DNA of 64,000 bases from Epithemia pelagica (taxonomy: Eukaryota; Protista; Bacillariophyta), in NCBI GenBank assembly GCA_946965045.2, contig OX337229.1, positions 4,092,001 through 4,156,000 of the forward strand, given 5' to 3'. The first letter of the stretch is position 1, and each line of letters starts with the position of its first letter. The notes under the pieces are model-generated. The model was not told where the DNA came from and did no database searches. It saw nothing but the letters and a program-made list of their open reading frames with translations. This document shows positions 11,551 through 20,843 of this stretch, piece by piece. Position numbers and translations under genes: made by a program.

Positions 11551-13197
11551 TTAGTCCCTACAAGGACTGGGTGGATCCTCTTCCGCAGACTCTTGCTCGA
11601 GTGTACTACAAGACAGGGGAGGAGACGGTGTCGCCAGGACGGCGGCATAGTGGGGTTTGGGTCGTTGTTGTGGTTGTGCCACACGACGAAACCAGCGAAC
11701 CAATGCCAACGTCGTGAGCAGTGCCAACAGCAACATGCCAGTCGTCGCGACAAGGACCCATGGACTCAGTCCTCTTGTTGTTGGTGTGGAGGATGGACGG
11801 ACAATGTCAAATTCCCGACAGGGTGGCCACGGACGAACGGAATCGACTTGTACCACTCCATGAACCTGACTGCAATTCCAGGGTACCACCGGTACGCTGT
11901 CATTCGGTTGGGATGACGGTGGAGGAAAATAGACATTGGACAGGGATACATTTCGAATGGGATTCTCGGGCAATCCGACAAAGTGAAAGGTTTCGTGGGA
12001 CAAAATCGTGGCGTCCCGTCCATCAAAGTGCGAAAAATTGATGTTGTCAATCTGCGGCATTGCGCGATAATTGTCGGGACAGGCTGGATTGGGTGTATTG
12101 TGAAAATGATACATATCAATTCGAATGGCACTGTCGACTTCTCCCTGTACAGTAATGTTGTGGTAGGTGATATTGCGGACATGACCACCACGGGTATTGC
12201 CCGTCTTGAGTTTGGCGGCTTGATTGGCTTTGGTAAAGACAATATTTTCCACCCAGACATTTTCCACACCTCCACTCATTTCGGACCCAATCGCAATACT
12301 GGCCGAATGTCCATGACAGGTCAAATTGCGCAAGGTGATATTCACCGAAGGACGACCAAACGCTTGGCCAAAACAATCCCATCCCGATTTAATGGCAACA
12401 CAATCGTCGCCGCCACTGTACGTGGAGTCTTCAATGAGTACATTACTGGAACTGTCGGGATCCCAACCATCGGTATTGAAAGCACCATGATCCGGTGCTA
12501 CCACATCGACATTCCGAACGACAATTTGATCCGAGGCATAAAAGTGATTGGTCCAAAAGGGAGAATCCTTCAAGCGTATATTCTTCATGGTAATGTTGCG
12601 ACAATAGAGAAATTCCACCAAATGTCCGCGCGTAAAGGTATCCAATTTGTGTCGGCGCAAATCCCACCAATAGGGCCCGTTTCCATCAATGATACTCGTC
12701 TTCCGATCGGCACCTTGAATCGTGACATTCACCAAGTATTCCCCATGAATCATGCTGGTATAACGAGGTCCCGGATGATCACGGCCTTGTCCATAGCTGG
12801 GCAAGGCCGGGAGGAGCGGCCAGACACGAGCGTCGGCCACGGCTGTAATGTTGACATGGCGATCCACATAGAAGATCAAGTGACTGGTCAAATTAATGGG
12901 TCGAATCAAATAATTGCTTCCTCCAGTCCCCTGACCCGAAACAATCAATCGACCACCGCCATGACGTTCAATGGTGGCAATGGCCTGTTCAAAATATTTC
13001 GTATCGTCGCTAATGCCATCCCCCACAGCTCCCAAATCACGGACGGAAATATCCAACCCATCCAACGGTTGTGGTGGTGGTGGTGGTGGTACAATTTGGT
13101 TCTTGCCGTCGCCGTCGTTTCTTCTGCTCATGGTCGTTGCTCGATTTTGCACCGTGGGGGTGGGGGGACGTGAAGGCGTGGTTCCACGTGGAGTCAT
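11551..13197 (-). CDS. Glycoside hydrolase family 28 (polygalacturonase-like) with C-terminal TM helix
   Basis: VRDLGAVGDG..DT, LPSYGQGRD, IDGNGPYWW, DSPFW, NTDGWDPDSS, GDDCVAIKSGWD, IAIGSEMSGG; hydrophobic segment WVLVATTGMLLLALLTTLALV near the C-terminus. Confidence 0.9.
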   Translation of the reverse strand: MTPRGTTPSRPPTPTVQNRATTMSRRNDGDGKNQIVPPPPPPQPLDGLDISVRDLGAVGDGISDDTKYFEQAIATIERHGGGRLIVSGQGTGGSNYLIRPINLTSHLIFYVDRHVNITAVADARVWPLLPALPSYGQGRDHPGPRYTSMIHGEYLVNVTIQGADRKTSIIDGNGPYWWDLRRHKLDTFTRGHLVEFLYCRNITMKNIRLKDSPFWTNHFYASDQIVVRNVDVVAPDHGAFNTDGWDPDSSSNVLIEDSTYSGGDDCVAIKSGWDCFGQAFGRPSVNITLRNLTCHGHSASIAIGSEMSGGVENVWVENIVFTKANQAAKLKTGNTRGGHVRNITYHNITVQGEVDSAIRIDMYHFHNTPNPACPDNYRAMPQIDNINFSHFDGRDATILSHETFHFVGLPENPIRNVSLSNVYFPPPSSQPNDSVPVVPWNCSQVHGVVQVDSVRPWPPCREFDIVRPSSTPTTRGLSPWVLVATTGMLLLALLTTLALVRWFRRVAQPQQRPKPHYAAVLATPSPPLSCSTLEQESAEEDPPSPCRD

Positions 13198-13330
13198 TGT
13201 ATAATGCGATAGTTCGGCGACCAGACGGAGAAGAGATCATCCGCGACCACATAGGGATCTTTGGATCTTTTCTCGTGTAGATTGATAGAACAAGTGTGGA
13301 GCAAGAGAGAAACAATAGACAAAGTTCATC

Positions 13331-15212
13331 ATGTCATCCTCCAAGTCGATGTTGTCATGGAGATCTCCCTGGTTCGTCTTGGTGTTTGGGAGTCTTGCCA
13401 CCACTTTTACCCAGGCGGCACCCTTGGACGATTTGGTTCCGTTTTTGCCCGACTATGGTCGTCCTCCCACCCCACAATTTTCGGGCTATTTGGATGCGAC
13501 GGCTGGTTGCAATACGGCAGCCAATGGTCCCTATTGCAAATTGCATTATTGGTTGGCCTTGGCCGAAACGGATAATCCCTGGGAGGCACCCGTCGTTTTG
13601 TGGTTGAATGGAGGACCGGGATCGTCCAGTTTGTTGGGTTTTTTGCAAGAAAATGGTCCCCTGCTCATCAATGCGACGGGGGGATTGATGGAAAATCCAT
13701 GGTCCTGGACCAAGGTCGCCAATCTTTTGGCCCTGGAAGCTCCGGTCGGTGTCGGATATTCCTATTGTGCCAATCAAGTGCGAGGACAAGTGTGTGACAA
13801 TACCGACCAGTACACGGCCAGTGCCAGTCGGGCCGCCTTGGTGGATTTCTTTTTGGTCAAATTTCCCGAATTGGCCACCAATGACTTTTTCATTACGGGA
13901 GAATCCTATGCCGGCATTTACATTCCTACCTTGGCCAAGGAATTGTTGGATCATTCCACGGTCAATCTCGTGGGCATTGCCGTGGGAGATCCCTGCACCG
14001 ACAATGATGCTCAAGCGGAATCGATGGATTCACTCTGGTATGCGCACAAGAATGGATTGGTGGACGATGCCATTTACAATGTATTGTGGAATCAATGTCA
14101 AGTTCGACAACCCAATCTCATGACCAAGGGAGGCAAACACAAGGTGACACAGGAACTCAATGAACACTTGCAGTCTCTCAATCTCGACCAAAAGGCTCGA
14201 GCGGCCAAGGCACGGGAATTGTACCACGAATTGGCCTCGGATCCCGGTCCCTTGTTTCACCAGGAAGACCCGGAATGTACCTTGGCCATGTACAAATTTG
14301 CCCTGTCCTCCTCCTTGGCCTTATCTCAGGTATGGGGTGATTTGTACATTGATGATTACAGTTTGTTTGCTCCGGTATCATCGCAAGAAGATGACGATAT
14401 GGCGGCCTACATGTCTCGAGATGACGTCCGAGCCGCCCTTCATGTCACGGAAGCACCGACCGCTACATGGCCGGATGCCGATGTCGGATTTGCCTATACC
14501 AGTGAATACAAGGCCTGCAATGAAGATGCCCCCGAGGATGCCTGGAGTATGATTGATTTTTATCGCGACATTGTTCCCAAATTGAAAATTGCCTGGGTCT
14601 TTAATGGCGATACCGATCCTTGTGTCTCGTACGAAGGAACCAGGTAGGTTTGTCTTGTTCTGTCAAGTTTATTTCGTCTTGGTTGTGCTGGACTCCAACA
14701 CTCGTGCGCATAGTTGCTTGAACGGTATCAAACCTCACACATACACACACACACACTTTCGTATTTATGATTCTTCCAGGACGGCCATGAAACGAGTGGG
14801 ATTTGCCGAATTGGATGGAGGGAGTTACCGTCCCTGGTTTTATCGTCAATCGGCCACCACGACGCACATTTTGGAAGAAAAGGCACCCCTGTTTGGACCC
14901 AACTTGTTACTCCAAGACATGGGACCCCAATTTGGTGGCGAAATTGTCAATTACGAACATGGTCTGTCCTTCTTGACGGTTCATGGATCGGGTCACATGG
15001 TACCCCAATTTCGACCACAAGCGGCCTTGCACTTGTTGGACAAGCTGGTGCACTTTCAAGACTTGACGCCTCTCTTGCCGCTCAATGCCACCTTGGCCAA
15101 CATGACGCGACAAGATTTTATGGTCGCCCTCGATGATTGGACGGAATCGGCTCAAAAACATCCCTACCTTACAACGACGACCAGCCCGACCAAGAAGAGT
15201 CTGGACGCATGA
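13331..15212 (+). CDS. Serine carboxypeptidase (peptidase S10), 2 exons (13331-14643, 14780-15212)
   Basis: Signal-peptide-like N-terminus, QFSGYL, WLNGGPGSSS, EAPVGVGYSY, GESYAG (Ser), NGDTDPCV (Asp), HGSGHMVPQ (His); phase-2 GT-AG intron 14644-14779. Confidence 0.92.
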
Positions 15213-15350
15213 GATTTACGCGACTGAGTTAGTTCAAGTTAAGAAGAATAACAAACGAACGATGCCTCTCTCGCCTTAGACTTTACAATTCTAGCTTCTT
15301 TTGTGTACAGAGCTTCCTTGTGTAGTCGAACTTTCGCGGTCCGTCCTTTC

Positions 15351-16340
15351 CTAGGAGGAGGACGGAGATACCAGTCCTTCAATGGACAAAAAGGTGCCCT
15401 TGTCTGCATCTCGATTCATGGAAAACGTTTTTGTCATGACATTGGGTACGGCAGTGGGAATACCCCCGTAAATATGCGGGCATTGCCAGCTTTCCCAATC
15501 GGCTCCTGCCGTGGCTGTGGTTCCCACCGGTTTGGCTTCTTCCATGACAGTGACAATCCCACAGTGTTGTTTCAACACCTTGGTATTCAACTGCAAACAA
15601 ATCCAAGAATCTTGAGAGCTGGTATAAAAGTGATTGGCGGTGTCAATCAAGCGCTCGGGAACGGCTGTGGCATGGGTAAAGTTGCCATCCTGTGCAAAGG
15701 TGGGTGGGAAGTAAGCTTCTTGTTTGGCACAGGCCTCCTCCCATTTGGTTTTTTCGCACATGTGATAGACAATTTCGGGTACTTCGACTGTCGTGGTTGT
15801 TGTTGTGGGAGCTGTAGTGTGCAATTCCTCAAGGCGTGCATCAATTCTTTCTTGTTCCTCCTTCTTGTCGTCCTTGGTCGTTTCAGTTTGTTGCTCTTTT
15901 GCACCCTCTTGGTCCTCCTCAATGACTTGTCGAATGCACAAATCGGGACGAAAGGCGGGTTGGCAAATGGGAACATAAATGGTATGGTGCGGTTGAGGAG
16001 GAAATCGAGGTCGAAAGGTTTCACCGGGCAGGATTTTGGCCGTTTGACCCGCTTGGATGGTGACAACCCGACCATCGCTCTGGCATTCCAATTCCAAACA
16101 GCCCTGAATCACAGAAATCCATTCGGTATAGTGAATCGTCAACCACCAAGGCTCTTTCTTCATGACTTTGGGGTCACTCTTGACCGTTACGTGTGCCATG
16201 GAAAAGGGCAGAGAAGACGACTTGTTATTGTCGGCGTCGTCGTTGGTCGGTGTCGCGACATTGCCAACGAATTCTTCAATGACATAGCGATCGGTCTCCA
16301 CCACTGGAACTTTGTTTCCAATAATCTCTGGCATGATCAC
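15351..16340 (-). CDS. Cupin-DUF952 fusion protein (329 aa)
   Basis: N-terminus IEEFVGNV..MAHV..EWISVIQG..IQAGQTAKILPGE..YVPICQPAFRPD resembles small bacterial-type cupins. C-terminus IVYHMC..WEEA..YFPPTFAQDG.FTHAT..ANHFY..PHIYGGIP resembles DUF952. Confidence 0.75.
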   Translation of the reverse strand: MIMPEIIGNKVPVVETDRYVIEEFVGNVATPTNDDADNNKSSSLPFSMAHVTVKSDPKVMKKEPWWLTIHYTEWISVIQGCLELECQSDGRVVTIQAGQTAKILPGETFRPRFPPQPHHTIYVPICQPAFRPDLCIRQVIEEDQEGAKEQQTETTKDDKKEEQERIDARLEELHTTAPTTTTTTVEVPEIVYHMCEKTKWEEACAKQEAYFPPTFAQDGNFTHATAVPERLIDTANHFYTSSQDSWICLQLNTKVLKQHCGIVTVMEEAKPVGTTATAGADWESWQCPHIYGGIPTAVPNVMTKTFSMNRDADKGTFLSIEGLVSPSSS

Positions 16341-16787
16341 AGCAGTATCCGATGTTGTTGTTGTTTGCGAGATGATTGAATGTACGTAATATTATGACGA
16401 CGGTGATGAAGACAGAGAGAAGAGTGAATGATGCGCTGGTTTGGCGGCGTCAAACCAAAAAGTGAGCAAAGTTGGTGCGTGATGGAATGACGCAGAGACA
16501 AAAGTGACTGAAAAGCGATTCTAAAGCGACACAAAACTGGAGGAGGGGACGGACAGACGTACACCACAGTTCACCGCGCGCAATGGCAATGGCGCTGGCA
16601 AACAACGGCGTGGTAGCAACAGACAACACTTTCTTCCCCTGTTAACAACTACGACGGCGACGACTTGACGACTGGATTTCACGCATCTGGAAACAACAGA
16701 TATCAATACTACGCTCTTGAAACATTTATTCTTGCCAAGTTCGGTTCGATAAAAGGTCAATTTGTGAGCTCGCCCACCCACCGCACC

Positions 16788-17777
16788 ATGCCTCTTCCCC
16801 AACGCTGGAATCAACGCAACAAAAAGCGCAAAACAAAGGGTCCACCGGAGGGATTTGACTATGTGGAACCCGTCTTGGAAGCCTTGGAACAAGAATTACG
16901 AGATGTGGTGCAAGAACGGGATCCCACCAAACGAAAAACCGAAGCCATGTGGCCGGTTCATCAATTGAATTGGCAAAAATCCCGCTACATTTACGATTTG
17001 TATTACATTCATGGCCGAATTTCACGGCAGGTCTATCAATATTGTGTGGACCAGAAATATGTGGATGCCGCTTTGATTGCCAAATGGAAAAAACCGGGCT
17101 ATGAAAAATTGTGCTCGACCTATGTCATCCATCCAAGTCACTACAAATTTGGGACCACCAGTATTTGTCGTGTGCCATACAAGGATCGTTCGGAAGCCCA
17201 ACGAACTGTGGCAGATCCCACCACGGGTTGCTTGGGCTGTTTTTCCGGCAAGGACAGTCCCCGCAATATATTTGGTAACAAGTATGGACAACATTTGGCG
17301 GCCATTCAAATTGCTCGAGAAGAACGACGACAACAACGACAAGCCGCCGCCGAAGCACAGGCTCAGGCGGAACAAGCCGAACAGGAACTTTTACAAGAAC
17401 AACAAGAAGCGTTGAGACAACAACAACAAGATGAAGAGGAGGATGACGACGACGACGAACTCGAGGGTCCGGCACTTCCACCACCACCACCAACCACAAC
17501 AACGCCTCAGCCAGAGGAGGACGATCCCCATGGCGATGTACCCACCGATGATGATGAGGATGGCAATGCCGAAACTGACGACGACGATGATGACGACGAC
17601 AATGACTTTGGTCCCTCACCTGCTGCTGGTATATGGGCCGGCAGTCAAAAACTGGAACGCCAATCGCATGAACTCACCTATCCAGAGGAACAACAACAAC
17701 AACAAGAAGATGATGACGCTGGTGCCAACGACGACCCAGAACGTCCATCGAAAATGGCTCGCCAACAAGTGAGTTGA
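16788..17777 (+). CDS. BUD31: BUD31/G10 splicing factor homolog with acidic low-complexity tail (copy 1)
   Basis: PPEGFDYVEP.L, RKTEAMWPVHQ, RSRY-like KSRYIYDLYY, LIAKWKKPGYEKLC, ICRVP, GCLGC. Confidence 0.88.
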   Translation: MPLPQRWNQRNKKRKTKGPPEGFDYVEPVLEALEQELRDVVQERDPTKRKTEAMWPVHQLNWQKSRYIYDLYYIHGRISRQVYQYCVDQKYVDAALIAKWKKPGYEKLCSTYVIHPSHYKFGTTSICRVPYKDRSEAQRTVADPTTGCLGCFSGKDSPRNIFGNKYGQHLAAIQIAREERRQQRQAAAEAQAQAEQAEQELLQEQQEALRQQQQDEEEDDDDDELEGPALPPPPPTTTTPQPEEDDPHGDVPTDDDEDGNAETDDDDDDDDNDFGPSPAAGIWAGSQKLERQSHELTYPEEQQQQQEDDDAGANDDPERPSKMARQQVS

Positions 17778-18078
17778 GACAGATGAAATTAAAGCAAGTG
17801 TGCTATGAATGGTGCAACTCTGTTTTGCGTTTTCTTGTGCGAGGGGGAAAAGCCGGATCACTATCATCACCCATATCTGCACAGTCATGACGTCGTTTCG
17901 AAACGAACCAGAACTTTCAACGATTGTACGACAATGTGGCTTGGTTTTAGAGGAGCATTTGCATAGGTTACGACGATTGCGTACTGTCAATCTCAATTCC
18001 TTGCAAACCGCAAAATGCATCTAGTAGATAATACTACCTAGATAGTCCAAGGCGGGTGTTCAAGAGTGGTTCGTAATA

Positions 18079-19507
18079 CTAGGATTCCGCCGGGTAGACC
18101 TTTTGTTCTACGGCATTGTACCAGGTTTGCAAAATGGGATCTTGCGATTGGAAACATTCTTCATGAATGTCCGTTCCGGCAATCCCCTTGAGAGCTCCAT
18201 AGACAGCCAAATCACCCAAGTGTGGTTCCGACAAGCCCGACAAGAAAATCATCTTCTTGTCGTCCGGTTGTTGCGATTGTTGAGTCGTCGTCAAGTGCTG
18301 AACCAAGGTATGCAACTTGTCATTCAAGGCTTGCCGTTCGTTGTCAATCTTGTGCTTGCCTATAGAGGGCAGAGAAACATAGATATAAACACACAAACAT
18401 GAATATTAGAAAAACGATGCAACACAAAACCAGTGAGAGACGAGAGAAACACACACACGTGAATGTTGTCGCAGGCTTTTCTACGAACCCGGTCCATACT
18501 GTGTCTTCTAGAATCGGACCGAACAACAACAACAACAACATGAGCAGTATCATCAATCACACGCACGTACGTTTGACACGAGAGGCAGCCAAATACATGG
18601 CCAAAGATCCAACCAATCGAATCGACCATTGTTGCACAATCGAAAATTGGGGTACCGTATGAACATATTCAAAGGCGTGGTAGGATTTACTCAAGGTGGA
18701 GCACAAGTTGGGATACAACAAGACGGCCAATTCGGTGTTGGCAAAGTGAATCCAATCTTGAGCCGTCTTGTTGCTGTTGTCGTTGGCCGTGTCGGTTCCA
18801 CAAAACTCGGACAAGGTCATGGACGAAGACTTCCACTTGTCTTGCAATGATTCTTTTACACTCGTGTGCTGCAACAATTGTTCGACAATGTCATCCGATC
18901 CCTTCCACACTTGCACAGTCGTGTCAGTGTCGTCGTCGGGGCTTGTTATTGTCTGGTCGTCGTCTCTCTGAAATCGTGCCATGGGGACTTTGCGATAGTC
19001 CTTACTGGCCCAGGCCAATTCGGCTTTGGTTAAAGGATTGACTTCGTGTGCCTCGTAGGGAATGTTGGCATAGTGAAGAAAGGCCTTGGTTTTGTTGCAA
19101 AAGGGGCAAATGGCATATTGATAAAACTCCAAAGTTACATCATCCAACGGACTTGTTCTTGTGGTGGTTGTGAATGGGGTGGTGGTAGTTGTTGTTGTCT
19201 CGTTGTGGACCGTCGACGATGATCCATAGCATCGAACTGTCACATGACGTTCCAAAGCAGAAGGAACCACATCTGCTCGGCGATTCTTGTACCTGTCAAA
19301 TGGTGGGTGGGCATTCTTCTCATGACGACAGTGTGGTGGCCATGGCCGTCCCCCATCATGACGATTCGTCGTCCAAGAAGACAAAGACAAGACCGACAAG
19401 GCTCTGCTCGCCGTCACACTAGTTGCCTTGGCACCCCCACAAGGAGATTTTCCAAGCAATAACCAGGACATGGTGGCGGTGCTGCTGCTGGTCGGTGGTC
19501 GAAACAT
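18079..19507 (-). CDS. PTGES2: Prostaglandin E synthase 2-like (glutaredoxin/GST fold), 2 exons (19507-18571, 18359-18079) (copy 1)
   Basis: YQYAICPFCNKTKAFL, EVNPLTKAEL, DYRKVP, LYPNL, PHLGDLAVYGAL; the GT-AG intron 18570-18360 joins RVK-R-KHKIDNERQAL. Confidence 0.88.
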
Positions 19508-19684
19508 GGTGATGACGAAATATATAGTAATGATTCGCGAAGAGCTGACGAAATCTTGGGATGGATTCCAGTCGCGGATTGTTTCCATGCCCATTGACGT
19601 TGACGTCGAGGATTCGACAAAGCAGAGAAGCAGGCAACCAAAAATGCAAAAATCCTAATAGGGGTCACCATAGACACAACAACC

Positions 19685-20485
19685 ATGGCGGACCACAACA
19701 ACCAAGCATCAACGACGACAAAGCAGTCGATTGTGTTCCTCGGTGTGAATGTCAATCTCTTCAAATCATGCTTCTTCGAGCCAATCAAGGAAGATCCGAT
19801 GCCGTCCAGAGCCTGGGATGCCTTTGAACTGGTTGTTTTGGAGGAGGATCCGACTACTACAGTGTCGAGACTGTCGGAAGCTCTCTTCGCGAACCCGAAC
19901 AATAATGTGGTATCGGTGGTGTTTCAAAGCACCGACATTGCCGAATCGTTGCTAGACATTCTGGTCCGGTTCTACAACTCGGGAGGCCTGGTGGTATTTT
20001 TTGGCATTTACGGAGAATTTGGAGATCCAGATGTCCTCTCATCGTGCTTTTCGTTGCCCGAGCCATGGAGGTTCTCCGCCTATACATCCGAGAAATACGA
20101 GCTCACAAGCCAAGCACATCGTTCCCTTGGCTATGCCGTAACCCAGCAGGAGTACACCAAGGCAAATCTACTATCGGTTCCCTTTCGAGATCGATGGATG
20201 GTCGAATTGCCCATGTCCTTGCACGCGTACCTTTCAAGTGAGGCGGACTATGATCCTTCGGAACCGGAATACAAGGAGGAAGAACCGGCCATTAAGGAGG
20301 CGTATTTGGTGTACTGTGAGAGGTGTCATCATCACTGTCCTCTCGCCGTGCACCAAAACAAGAATGGTGGAAAGCTCGCGTATCTTGGATTTGTCAATGG
20401 CAATGACAACATTCCTCGAATTGTTCGTGCACTTGTGACTCAGAAGAAAATACCAAGCTATAGCATGATGAAAGGGTGGTATTGA
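19685..20485 (+). CDS. Hypothetical 266-aa protein, possibly class I glutamine amidotransferase-like fold (copy 1)
   Basis: Clean ORF preserved in both duplicate copies. LVRFYNSGGLVVFFG and GKLAYLGFVN resemble GATase-1-like strands; the fold call is weak. Confidence 0.65.
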   Translation: MADHNNQASTTTKQSIVFLGVNVNLFKSCFFEPIKEDPMPSRAWDAFELVVLEEDPTTTVSRLSEALFANPNNNVVSVVFQSTDIAESLLDILVRFYNSGGLVVFFGIYGEFGDPDVLSSCFSLPEPWRFSAYTSEKYELTSQAHRSLGYAVTQQEYTKANLLSVPFRDRWMVELPMSLHAYLSSEADYDPSEPEYKEEEPAIKEAYLVYCERCHHHCPLAVHQNKNGGKLAYLGFVNGNDNIPRIVRALVTQKKIPSYSMMKGWY

Positions 20486-20843
20486 GTCCCTATCCGTAAT
20501 AGAGGTAGTTAGTTCCAATAAACGCTCCGATTCTGTTGCTGGTTGGGGATTGGGGACACAGTAATAACATCTATATATCGGTTCTTCTCGCTTTTTTTCT
20601 CGGTTCTGTATCATTGTCGTTTGCTAGTATATCTTGTTGTTGTGTGTCCAACTACCTAGAGGTATCGTTGACCGGCGAAAGTTTCGCTGCTTTCAGTCTT
20701 TGCAAGACTCATCTTAGTCGCGCATGATTCTCATGCCATCAGAATCCAATATCTTTCGTGCGTCTTGTTCGACAATGATACAAAACCATCAAACCACCCG
20801 GTCCGCCCAAAGCCAAGGACACCAGGATTGCTGATCGGTTCCA

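Noticed and set aside
11983-13173. 396-aa plus-strand ORF
   Set aside because: It lies exactly antisense to the GH28 gene, has no recognisable motifs, and is explained as a codon-usage shadow.
15303-16379. 358-aa plus-strand ORF
   Set aside because: Antisense shadow of the cupin-DUF952 gene; GTG start; no domain features.
16665-16787. N-terminal extension of BUD31 in the ORF track
   Set aside because: TTG start and no similarity to Bud31; ATG 16788 in ACCATG context is more plausible.
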